NCBI GenBank assembly: GCA_040954595.2
Contig: CM082597.2
Coordinates: 5,151,244-5,215,243, forward strand
Source of the DNA: Balanoglossus misakiensis
Lineage: Eukaryota > Animalia > Hemichordata
Length of the DNA: 64,000 nt
Direction: 5' to 3'
Both the position numbers and the translations under genes were made by a program. A model generated the notes under the pieces. The model ran no database searches. It had not been told where the DNA came from and saw nothing but the letters and a program-made list of their open reading frames with translations. Positions 52,244 to 64,000 of the stretch are shown in pieces (the stretch's first letter is position 1; each line of letters starts with the position of its first letter).

Positions 52244-54839
52244 ATTAAAATAATCGAAATGGCCGGCCTGTGTCCCTGAACTCGATTTTAAGCAAATAAA
52301 ATCGATGTTTCATAACAGGCGCCAGTACATACGAACACTGCCTGTTTGTTTATGATATGCTTTCGTAAGTATATGTACATTACCGATTATGTCAGCAATG
52401 AACATGATGCAATTGTACCTGTACAACATCCTTATGGAAAAATCGTAAGGTTAGCGATTCCATCTTGGTGTGTTTTCGTTGTGAATTGAAACCTGGGTAT
52501 TCACACCAATGAGAATCAAGTCGATAGGCTTTCCGCATTAAGCTATGCCGTTGACATGTTTACATACATGATGTTGTTGTGATAGTTCACATTCAGGGCA
52601 TTCCACACATATTTGTTTCTTCAAAAGTGTCACTTTAATCCCAAAAAGCCAGAGGAATCCCATACCATACATGAATGAAATCTATCCATGTTAGAATTCC
52701 AAAGTTTTTGAGTCACAAGCATGTTAATGTTACACTTGTAACAAATCTGTGTATGCTGATTTCATCATCTATACGAGTCACTATGATTGTAAGTTTTATA
52801 CTTTTTGTAGTTATTTTTACATTTTTATCACTGCCAAAATGTTTCAATTTTATATAAGTATACCCCTATCCCTGTATATGCCAGTTTTTAAAAGGAACAC
52901 CCGCTCATTTTGTTTAGGTTTTGCACGTTTAGAAACTGAATATATTTCAAAACATTCCCGTTATATTATATATTTGTAGCAAATTACTTATATGTTCTTT
53001 GGAAGTGTGTTGCTGGAAATGAGTATTTCATTTATTTTCATTTCCATGGATTCGACACATTTGACCCTGGACTACTCAAAAGCCAAAGTAAATGAGCTGG
53101 TGTTCAATAGATTATTTTAACGAGGACATTACTTGCTAACCACAGTGCCATCTGTTACAGATTCAACAGTATATAGTCACTATTTCTCTTTAAAAACATC
53201 GTTGCGTTCATTTAAAGCGAACGATGCAAGAGCAGCTTTAGGGGGAGGGGATAGAAGTTACATTAAGCTGACAGTATAGATTGACACACACACACAGATG
53301 GACTATTGTACGGAAGTAATTCGACAGGATCATTAAACAAAACAACTTCTGTATATTTTACTTGTTATATTTCAACATGAAATGTTTCAGCAATCCATGT
53401 GTTTGATCTCGGCAGACCACATTCGTAAACGTCAATTTAATAAATATTTTATTTGACAAAATTTACATGTCACGTGACCAGAGAAGCCATGTAGATAGTG
53501 TCGTAATAGTGTCGTAACACACATTTAAAGGGCGTTTGTTAGTATGGATTTTACACTGAAATCCTCCAACTTCACAAAGCTCAATTTATTGTATACTGAC
53601 GACTTTCTGCTTGTATCGAAAGTAAAATATATTTCGATTTGATATTTGGAAGTCGTGTTGGTAATTTCCGAAATGACAATCTTATTGAGTAATTCATATT
53701 AGCATATGAAAAATAGGGAAATTAGTTTTACAGAAGCAAAACTAAGCAAATTGGCATTTTCGGAAACGATAAACAAATATAATATACACCTCTATCGTTG
53801 TGCTATCTTGACAACACACTGACTTGCATAAATACTTCCCAGTAATACGAGAAGTTTACACATCCTCTTTCACTTCCCCATGGGTGTTTTTCTTCGGTAT
53901 TACAATTGGGAGAATCACGTGACTTGTGTACGTGTAACCAAGTTCAAATTATTTCAGAATCGATATGTTTACCTAGCCTAGTTTAGCTTCAATTGTTTGT
54001 TGGACTGCTTCAGCTTTTGAAAAGGTTAGGTGGAAGTGTGAGCATTATGTAGTAAACAGATACAATGGAACCTACATGTATAATGGTATTTAGCGTGTAC
54101 ATGTATGTTTACCACGAAACTTTATAATGTGGTGTTGTAGACCCACTTCTGGTCTGGACTGGTGTCCTGGGCCACAGGACATAAAAATGTGTGATTCCGA
54201 TAACATTTTTTTTTCAAAAATATGATAGGTTTATTTATTATAGATAATAGATAAAGGCCGTAATGTTATTTTGTTATTGTTTTAAAATTTATTCAAGTCC
54301 GGATTTGAATATGTTTGTCAACAATCACAGTGATTGGTAGCACTTCGACGGAATTTTTTTGATTTTTTTTTCGGAAATGGAAAATTACTGTGATGTAGTG
54401 GATGTTTGGTCCCTGGATAAAATGAAGTGAGCCACCACCTTGTTATTGGAAGACTTTGACACGCCTTTTAAACCATATATGGTCACACGTCACTAGTTAT
54501 TCACTCCTAACTTCCCTTTTCCATTTTCAAATGGCAATGAAAAAATTACCAGAATTAATTTTCAACGTTTCTACAATGAATACGGATGTAGTTTTCAAGG
54601 GGAAATCCCTTAACTTTGATCACAAGGACTGTGCTTTTATACTAGAGCGTGTTATGTAGAACGTTATATTCAAGTTTTCCACGAAAACTGGGGAGCTTGT
54701 CAACATAGAAAGTAAACACAGTGAAAACCAAGGGTAGTCGTTCAGTGAGAGAGAGGCACAACACACAAGTCACGCTCGTAGGATTTTAACGACATATATC
54801 GTTCTTCATGTGTGTATCGAATTAACATAACAACCCGGT

Positions 54840-55184
54840 CTGTCAGTAAGTTGTAAGCTGAGCAGAACCGGCCTACATTCAGGCTCGGAGGATTTGTTAC
54901 ATAAAACGCGCGTCTGTGAGATTTTGGAGCCAGAATAAGCGCGGGAAATTCTGTCTAGACCACCAGACGACATCGCGGGGCGTCGTCGATTCGTATGAGA
55001 CACGCGGGATCCAAATGTCTGCAATATTTGCAACACCTGGTGGCGGCGGCGGGAACATCTTGCTGCTAGAATACGCCATGTTGCCCCGCACGCAGTCCTT
55101 GCCCTCACTGAACGCCGCGGCAGCGTCCCGGGGACTTTCAAGCGCCGGATTTGTATGTAACAACCATCATACTACAAGGACCAA
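54840..55184 (+). other. GC/CpG-rich segment ending in a strong splice donor; possible first exon of an unidentified transcript
   Basis: Locally GC-rich. The open frame MSAIFATPGGGGGNILLLEYAMLPRTQSLPSL... starts at 55015 and runs into aa|GTAAGT at 55185. No recognisable domain. Confidence 0.35.
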
Positions 55185-55956
55185 GTAAGTAGAACTCAAG
55201 CTATGTACATCCCCATTTCTGTGTTTTCACCGACCGGGTGGCAGTGTATGATTAACTTAGCCAGACTATGTGTCCGACCGTTGCTATAAATCCCGGTCAC
55301 TGTAGTGTCACCTCCAGTCGACCTTCTCGGATGTGTGCTTCGTGTACAGTGTCGCCGCTACTGACAGACGACCTTGAATCGGTAGCGTATGCGTGGTAAC
55401 ACCTACCTGAGAGATAATCCTAGATTCAAATAGATCGAAAGGGGACTTACTAACAGTACAGTAGTCGAAGCTCATATCACTAAAATACTTTCTTGTCATA
55501 ACATATTGTCTTCCTGAGTAGACAAGGTTGAAATATACTCTAGGCTCGAATTTTCTCTGCAATGCTATGTCTCGTGTCCCAGACACCAACTTAACACCTG
55601 GTAAATCGAGTGCACCTTTGAAGGTCGGCCCGGGGTTATATGTTAAAATGCACCCAGTGCTCGCAGATAAAACTGGAGGAGGCTTAGTCTCAGTAAAAAC
55701 GTGTGCAGTGAAGCAAAGCCTGAGAAAAAAATGGCGGAGAGAATTGTATTTCAAGCAGAAAGACTCATCAAGACAGAGTAGAAGAAAAGGGGAAGCAACT
55801 ACACAAAATTACCATCCGGTTCTGTGTCCGTGTGGACAATCAGCTAGTGGCGGACATGAACCGGATCATTGCATTGACTACGCAGGACAATTATCACAGC
55901 TTAACAAGAAATATAACGCACTGTTGTCTGCTCTTTTAGGTATCTCGCGAGACTTA

Positions 55957-56235
55957 GTTAATGCACGTAGCAACAGGTTGCCAGCCAAGTAAAACACGTG
56001 CACCTTATTTCCGTAAGATGCACTGGTGATTTTCAGAGCAGTGATGAGGGTGTTCAAACCGAATGAATTACTCTGGTAATTCGACTCTTATATTCGACAT
56101 GGTTAATGCCCGTAGCAACAGGTTGCCAGCCAAGTAAAACACGTGCACCTTATTTCCATAAGATGCCCTTGTGATTTTCAGAGCAGTGATGAGGGTGTCC
56201 AAACCGAATGAATCACTCTAGTGATGCGACTCTTA
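55957..56235. repeat. Two-copy 145 bp tandem duplication
   Basis: gttaatgc.cgtagcaacaggttgccagccaagtaaaacacgtgcacc...cgactctta starts at 55957 and at 56102. Confidence 0.92.
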
Positions 56236-57905
56236 GCCTTCAAACGGTGAACAGTGTCCGGTCAAACTGCCCGAGGGTTTTTATTTTCTTTTGTGCTACC
56301 AGTTTTTGCATTGGTGTTGCCATTGACAAGTAATGGATTCGACTAACAGTACACACTATAGCCACTGCACTGAACGTATGAGAAAAAAACTCAACATGAA
56401 TAGACCTATATACAGTTTCCCATATACACGTCATTAAAGAGGCAATCGTATTACCGACTGCATTGTGAACCAAAGTGGTTCCCTCACAAATCGGGGACAG
56501 ACATGTTTTGACCGCTTTCAAGTGGTCAGTAACTTATTACCGCGACATAAATAGTTTAAGTACCGTTTATACATTACTTTTCAATTGAGGAGGTGAGGGC
56601 GCAAGACTAAAGTGTTAATGGTCGTTTATAACTTTTAATAGGTCAAACTGTACTGAATTGGCACACCTTGTAGTTGAGAAAACCAAAACTTTACATGTAG
56701 AAATGACGAAACACTGACACATTTGAAACGGTTTATTGTCACTTCTAATCACGTACGGTTATATACATGGCCAAAGAGCCTGTTTCAGTCTTCGAATAGG
56801 CATTAGGTGGCGCACTTTTTGCCACATGGGCCACCAACTGAAAACCTGACAGCTAAAGTTCACTTTTTCCATGGTAACAGTGGTTTAATTTGCAATGGCG
56901 ACTATTTACCTGTAATCACATTTTAAGAAACGTGCATCGTTGCCTTGTTAGATGACAGTTGTTTTGAAACTCCAAAAGTGGCCGCAACCCATTTCCAAAC
57001 GTTGCCCCAGGCAGCCCAACCTAGATGCAAGTATGATATGAAATTCAGGTCATTCACAGTCGTTGCTACAGCTACTGTTAAATTGGTTTTCATTATAAGA
57101 CAGTCATTGATTGTACTGTGCAGATTGCCAACATGTTAAATTAGGGGCATTGTCAACAACCGAGAGAATTTAACGGCTATGTACTACCAAGCTTCCTGTA
57201 TGGCATTCAATAAATTAATTATACAGAAGCCTTTCTAATACTCTCCTATACCAAATACAGTAAGTTTTTTGTTGTTCCTCTGGCTTTTTTACTTTATACA
57301 GTAATTGCAGGAAGGGGTAAGCTTTTGGAACGTGCTGATTGTATATGTACTAAAATAGTTTCATGTGCGTTTAAGATTTTGTAGGACTCCCACAAAAGCG
57401 TCACAGTGGGAGATTTGACCTTTACTCTAAGGTGAGATTATTCACTGTACGAGACCTGGACTGGTTGATCTGTGACAAAACTTTATTTTATTTTCAGCAA
57501 AGTTGAAGCCAGAACATGTGGAAATAGGCGATGTCATTATGCCAGATAAATCCATAGAGTCTCGGAAGAAAAAAAGAGTTCAGTTACCACAAATGAATAA
57601 CTATTACACGTGTTTTCGATGACAGGTCATGTGATAGTTTCCCGCCAAATCACCTGGCAATATTCCAAACATCCCTCAATGAAAAGAATGAGAAAGGAAA
57701 CATTAGAAAATAAAAAACTGAGCGTTATCATGTGCAATGTTGCAATATCTTATGTAACTAAATTCAATTAATACAATGAGGACATTCAAGTTGTCTTTCC
57801 AAGATATTTTGTAGTTATAAAACAAAGATCACAGCTAAGTCAACAATAGTGACACCACAATTCCCAGTCAAAAGCAGTCAAGTCCGAATTTGAATACCAT
57901 TTTAA

Positions 57906-58019
57906 AGGCCCTTCTCAACAGTGAGTCAAATCTTTTGTTTCCAATAAACAGTTACATGCTAACACAAGGAATTGCTTATTTGCCTTCATTGTTCTGCCCT
58001 GGGATCGAGAAAATGGCCT
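57906..58019. mobile_element. 114 bp TTAA-flanked MITE (Kolobok-like), copy 2
   Basis: ttaa|aggcccttctcaaca...gagaaaatggcct|ttaa, matching 48252-48365. Confidence 0.8.
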
Positions 58020-59725
58020 TTAAATGACAACAATGTCGATTGTTCACACTTTGGCTTTGTTAATGTTGAGAAGATTAACAATTAGCGTTTAAACCTGCCT
58101 CAAGACGACGAACAAAAATGGTTGATGCGTAGAATATAAATGAAAACATACGTTCAGATAGAGGGCCTTTAAATTGAGCCCAGTAGCACTCCTTTATCAG
58201 CATAAATATCAAAATGTTGTGCATGTATTCAACCTATTTACTCCCACTGTCCAAGGACAAACTACCTAAAAGAACCACACAAGTTAAAAATGATAAGAAA
58301 AATCAATATCGCTGCTAGACAACCGCTGATTTTAAAATCTATGGTAAGAATGTAATATTAATCAAAATCTACTCACACTTAGACACTAAGTCAGGTTCTA
58401 ATCTCCACTTCTTATACATGACAGTCCCTTATATTGTACAGTATCGGGTGTTTGGCGTACATAGAGGTGTCAATCCAAATATACATATACATGTAGCTTG
58501 ATCGTGAGGATTTTGGTGAACATAGATGCAGACCGGGTACAGCCCACCAGTCCCCTTTTTTCTGTGTGTAATTCAAGTTTGGTGGGTTTTGCCACCTCTT
58601 TTGGTATGTTTCAGTTGGCCCCGATGTGTACCAAATAATCGAGAATTGTGGTAAATATCACATATATTACTTCAATGTGTATATACATATTGCCTGGTTA
58701 CATGGATTGTGAGATTTTAACCGGGGGGGGGGGGGGGGGCTAGAGCAAAACAAGCAAAGGTCATGGCATTTTTAAAAGCTTGGGTGTTATAAGATTAATG
58801 TCATTAAGTGGTGAAGTTCATGTCATAAATTGTTCTGTGTTATCGCTTATCTTTTATTCTCGATTTTTAGAAAGAATAAGCTCACCAGATAAGCAATGCC
58901 TCCAGACTTTGATTAATGAGGCACATGTACGAGAACCTTTAAATTTAAAAATAATCTGATTGTCCAACAATTTATATCACTTAGTGTTAGTGTTAACTTA
59001 AACCTTCACGGAAAGAGTTGTAAATTGTTCTTTTGTGGATTTAAGCCAAAACGATGAGATGTTAATTAGCATAGAAAAGTGCAGAAATCTGCTATTTCAC
59101 CATTTATTATGTGACAATTAGAGCGTATGAGATCTGAAAATGAGTATGTCTGTCTGCCTGCCTGCCTGCGTGATTTCACTGTTAGTCTATTTTCCACGAA
59201 GAAAATTATTTAGACCATCGCAAATTTGTCTACTATGAGAACTGTTTGATTAATACGATAATTAAAAACCTGCATGTTTAGCCTTGGGTTATGGTAAATA
59301 TCAACCTATTGGCCTTGGGTAATACAATGTTTCCCTTTGTACAAATGTATAACATAAATCTGAGGTTTTAAAGGGGTGCAAGGTGCAGTTAACATTTATC
59401 CGTATCCGTTGTAGCATGGATGCCTGAAGATGTCGAATAACATAGAAAAATAACATCCCAATTGAAACCTAGACGTGTAGCTCATGTTGGCAGGTTATGT
59501 TGTTGAGTGTAATTTGTAGGTGTGATCAGTAGATGCGCGTTTGATAGTTCGAAATGGTTGGTAACATGACCTGGATACCACACTCAAATGTGCTATATCT
59601 TAAATTGATGTCCTGAAATGTCCTGATATCACGGTAGGGCTTATTGACGGTGTCTGACCTTTGCTACCTGTTAGTCTGTTTTGCCCGCGAGAAGTATGAC
59701 GCGTTACACCCCTGAGCGGCCGGTG

Positions 59726-59745
59726 ACCAATCAAATGCGATTGGT
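59726..59745. promoter_or_regulatory. Inverted pair of CCAAT boxes in a GC-rich promoter-like region
   Basis: accaatc-aaatgc-gattggt, about 140 nt upstream of the ATG at 59885. Confidence 0.45.
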
Positions 59746-59884
59746 TCCTAGAATCCCCTGATGTTGGTGCAGTTGGGCCGACAGCAACGCAAAAGTCCAA
59801 CTTCAGTACGGCTGATCGCGGGGTGCCAAACGGCCTGCGAGACTTCGACTCAACTGCGCCAAATCCCGTAAGAAACCGGCCAAG

Positions 59885-59933
59885 ATGAACATGATCTCAA
59901 GGCTTCTTCGAATTTTGTCGTCTGTAGCGTGTG
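59885..59933 (+). CDS. Signal-peptide first exon of a further secreted or membrane protein; downstream exons not found in the window
   Basis: aagATG start, MNMISRLLRILSSVAC + G|GTAAGT. A 49-nt phase-1 exon, the same length as the first coding exons at 20848 and 50456. Confidence 0.55.
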
Positions 59934-62900
59934 GTAAGTCTCAGATGGGCTGTAATATAACTGATTTGAAACTGGCTGAGTTGTGACTAACATTCGACCA
60001 AGTGTACATAAATCGTTCCTGTCGGCCAACAAAGTTAACACTCTGAAAGCAGACTGTAGATCCTCTTCTAAGTCAGCTACCGACGCCCCTAAAGGAAACA
60101 ATTGAAAGTACCTGACCAAGGTACATGAATATTCATAATCAGATGATCCTTAAAATTGGTATAGGAAATTCTATAACGAAGAAACTTAATGTAAATTATG
60201 TGAATAGCAGAGAGTCAGTACATGAATAATTTTTGTTTAAATTGGGTCAAAGTGCAACCTGATTTATATTAACTTAAATGTATTGCCCGTGATATAAACG
60301 TTATGGTATCTAACATACATGTATTGCCATTATATTAACGTTTATTCAATTTCATGACACATGTTTTTCTGCGCGGAGTTTCTGAACTGTTTTCCTTTTT
60401 TGTGTAGCTCTCCTTACCGAGACCTTAACACTGAGTGAATGACGCCTTAAAGTTAGTTATAATCGCAAGGAATTGCGTATCTTTCATTTTCGAAAGAGCG
60501 TCATCGGAGTTACCCCTTTCGAGTTAAGTAGGTGGGCGTTCAATTTTCTTAAATGAAGCATACAACACTTGAAATAAGACATGTAGTGATGACAAACGTA
60601 CTTGTATTAACTTTTGTGGGAAATATTTCAACAAATACATAATTTTACTGGATAACATAGAGGAGAAAGAGATTTCTATGAACAAGAACACTTTTCTGCT
60701 TAAATCTCAGATACTAAACAGTAGCATACATTGTAATCAGCCATATTGCGTTTCCATGTTCCAGTAGCGTCTCATGCCGCTGTTTCCCAGCCCCGTTCAT
60801 ATTTTCATATCATATTGAAACACTGACACTGATTCAAAATGTAATAAAGGCATGTTTATCAAAGTCAAAAGAGCTGCCGACTCTAACTCTTAACATAAAG
60901 TTATCTTGGTAAAATGGCCGACTTGCCCAGCAACAAAAGACCATGCCACAAATCCTATCTGATATATTCTCGACCCATTCAGTTCTATTTGTGCCATGGA
61001 AAGTTTCAATCTTACAATTTCTTGCAGTTTAATTTCAGATGTTTATTTCTAAATAGTTTAAGGGTACACAATGTAGCCAGAAAGATAGTGTATGAGGCTT
61101 CTACATGACATAACTAACATTGACACATTCAGGAACCTGTTGCATGTGGATATATGAATTCTTTCAGTGCGCGTCAAGTCATATACCATTACAATTATAC
61201 ATGGCTGTGACTTTGTTGATCACTATTTTCTTCGCGGATATCGACATGAAATATGTCACATTAACAATGTAATCTTATAAGCATATATAGTCATATGCCA
61301 CTTTTGGAAAATGGCGAGGATTTACAGATGATGCTGACTTGTATTAAAGCCAGAACATTGTATGGTTGTTTCCTGACACTATATGTAAACCTCTTCTGTG
61401 TCTCATAAAACCAAGCTCCATGTATTACACCCATCAAGCATTGTTAGTATTAGAAAATCGACACACTATTGTTTACATAAATTTGACAAACAGAAAACTG
61501 AAAAGTTTAGTATGTTTTATGGAGACAAGACAAACAGCTGTCGTTCATAGACTGAAACATCATGGCAGTGTATTTAAAAGGTAGGACTATTTGAACCCGG
61601 ATCTTGAAGAAGTCTGCCCAATGAACAAATAGGTCACCTGGGTGAAAGGTCAGGGTGCACTAGGTCAACAAGTTAGCGTTATTTACATATGTAAATATTG
61701 AGTATTATTTAAAGTAAACTTCAGACCATATTCTCAGTAATTTTGTTTCTGTTATAATTGTGTTTTTTTTGTTCTACTTTATGTGAGACATAAAGAATTG
61801 TTGAGTATTTGTTTTTGACACCTTTGTGTAATATCCAGTGAATTAATTATTGAAAATTAAATTCAAGTCCGGTCAAGAATTTGTCAAAAATAACAGTGAC
61901 CATAACTCATATACAGACTTGATTGAACGTTCCATGAAGCAATCCATAATAGAATAAGAAACAAATACATGGGAGAAAATTACAGAAAAAAATGCTAGAT
62001 TCACTAGGGTTTTAACTGATGGAGTTGAATATCAGTGTTGTTCCATGTGGCAGGGCACCGTGTCACATTAGTCCTTACTATAAAAAAAAACATTTTTACC
62101 CCACAGTCCATTCTTAGAAATAATCCTTGGTAAATATTACTTTTCTTTTGCTGCATATAATCTGATTTGATAAATGAAAGTTTCAAATTTCTCTTGCTTT
62201 CGGATACAAATGTGTGCATATAAAGGGTATTATCGGAAATCTCAAAGTCAATTATTATTTCTGGCTCGCATTGAAATTAGTGAGGTTTCGTGTAGATTAG
62301 ATGAGAACCAGATGTTTGCGGCAAATATCGAAAATTAGCAAGTCATTGACAACAAGCATGTCTTGCATCTGAAGCAACTATACAGAAGGTGTAACTGATG
62401 GCGTAATTGCCATATTTATCTTCAAGTTGAAAACTTCATCATCGATGTAAATAATGTCACAGGAAATTCCTTTACTGAGTTAGGTATAACAGTAAGAGTG
62501 CTTTGTGCATTAGAAAAACACCAATTCTGTGAATCACGTTCCGCTGTAAAACATCATATCTATTTTGGGCGGGCTATGCTGAATATTAAGGTGTGCTCCA
62601 CGATGTAAACAAAGTTCAGTCCACTGAGATACGGGCTCTGTGGTGGTCACCATGGCTCGCGGTTATCTTACTACAACTTTGATCAGTCATCTCTTTTCAA
62701 CAGCGTTGATACTTGCAGTGATATCAGGTATGTTGTGAAACCACTGTTAGGTACTCATAGCATGCCAAATGTAGCAAAATTAAGCAAACATCGAAGACCG
62801 CTGGGCGTTTGACAGATACTGGCAGATTTGTAAGGCACTCCAAATTGACAAATTAACTTAATAGACTCTCTAAAATTGTCACCCCGCGAAATATCTCCCA

Positions 62901-64000
62901 TCTGGCTTTCAATTTGATTTATGTAGCCCTACTCGTCTTAATACAGCCCCAATCAATAGTATTCTTTATTGAACAATACGGCCAGAGAAACTTTATAATG
63001 TTCTGTATACTTGCCACCTCAGACCAGTTGAATGTAAATGTAAGTGGGAGAGTGACCGTGGTCAGACTGAAGACTGAAAGCGTGATCACTTTTGACATTT
63101 TATGGCGATTATATGATCTGTTATTTGAATGTTACACTCTTTTCGTTTTCCAAAACTGCCGATCCATTCAAAGAACATTTGCCAGTCCAATGGCAATTTC
63201 TTCCATACTTTCTTCCAAATGTTGTAAACGGGAATCCCCCAATGATGGAGTAATAACCCATGCGCATATAATGTGCTGGTTCAATCAAGGTTAATGACAC
63301 CTTCTGGCATAATCTTAGCTCTGTACCTGGTTGAGATCCCCTGAGCAATGTGTTTTGACAAAGCTGGTCAGATGGCTAGCTGGCAATAATAATGATGACA
63401 TTGCCTACGGGTGCACTGGCGCTTAGGTGATAGGGGACTCTTCCGTGCCAGGAATGCACAAGTACGTGCAAACCCCTGGATTTATACAATGATAGAAGGG
63501 ATTAAGTTGTCGTCATTATTTATATTCGTAATGTACACAGGACGCTCTACCCCCTTCCAAGATAATTTAAATGACAGATGCACTCGAATGAAACCCCAGA
63601 CAGTTATAATACGATCTGTGAAAATATCGATCGATGAATCGATCGATCGCTCGATCAATCAATCAACTAATTACACGTACACCTAAGAGTATGCTTATTT
63701 AGATAGACCACTCTAAGTTTGCAAAAAGTGGCAGCTACCGGGCTTTAAATCAGACGGGTAACTGGAGAGTTGTCACGTACATGACCTTGCGAAACCGTCC
63801 ACTAAGCACTCAATTGCGGGTTAAGGGTCAGAGGTCATTCACGCGGAAATAACACATTAAAAGGATTCCATGTAAATGGGAGCGTAGAAGTAGTTCTTTT
63901 TCATAAATCTCAACGCAGGATTTTATTAGCATGTTATGATACATAAAATTTTCTAGTAATTAAAAAACTAAAACTAAAATAACATCAATATATACATTAA

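Noticed and set aside
55308-55992. 148-aa (minus) and 154-aa (plus) ORFs
   Set aside because: No recognisable motifs or consistent splice sites, and they overlap each other. Probably chance ORFs.
56040-56225. C/D-box snoRNAs in the 145 bp duplication (GTGATGA present)
   Set aside because: No matching CTGA D box or terminal stem at a suitable distance.
63023-63289. Open phase-1 segment (DQLNVNVSGRVTVV...) as exon 2 of the gene starting at 59885
   Set aside because: It lacks Ig or other domain hallmarks and has a weak donor, so it cannot be supported without transcripts.

Overview
Eukaryotic, intron-rich animal genomic DNA. The gene content suggests an invertebrate deuterostome (hemichordate- or amphioxus-like), but that assignment is inference. 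Most entries in the ORF track are intron read-through, so genes were rebuilt by hand from GT/AG boundaries and exon phase. All supported genes are on the + strand. (1) <1-5029: 5'-truncated guanylate-binding protein (GBP/atlastin family) with intact G1-G4 motifs and a C-terminal CaaX box (CRLM). (2) 8418-18704: its tandem paralog, with an N-terminal death domain, all four GTPase motifs degenerate, an intact reading frame and a CaaX box (CLIL). One of its introns is almost entirely a ~3.7-copy array of a ~1.27 kb unit. (3) 20848-30467: receptor tyrosine kinase with two Ig domains and an FGFR/RET-like kinase. (4-6) 37358-52243: three small secreted Ig-fold genes. Two end in strongly basic tails, one looks like a soluble copy of the RTK ectodomain, and two have Ig-like domains without the canonical cysteines. 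(7) 59885-59933: an orphan signal-peptide exon of a probable further gene. Several MITEs, small tandem duplications and microsatellites are also present. The best candidate novel systems are the active-GBP plus death-domain pseudo-GBP pair, and the RTK plus secreted basic-tailed Ig cluster.
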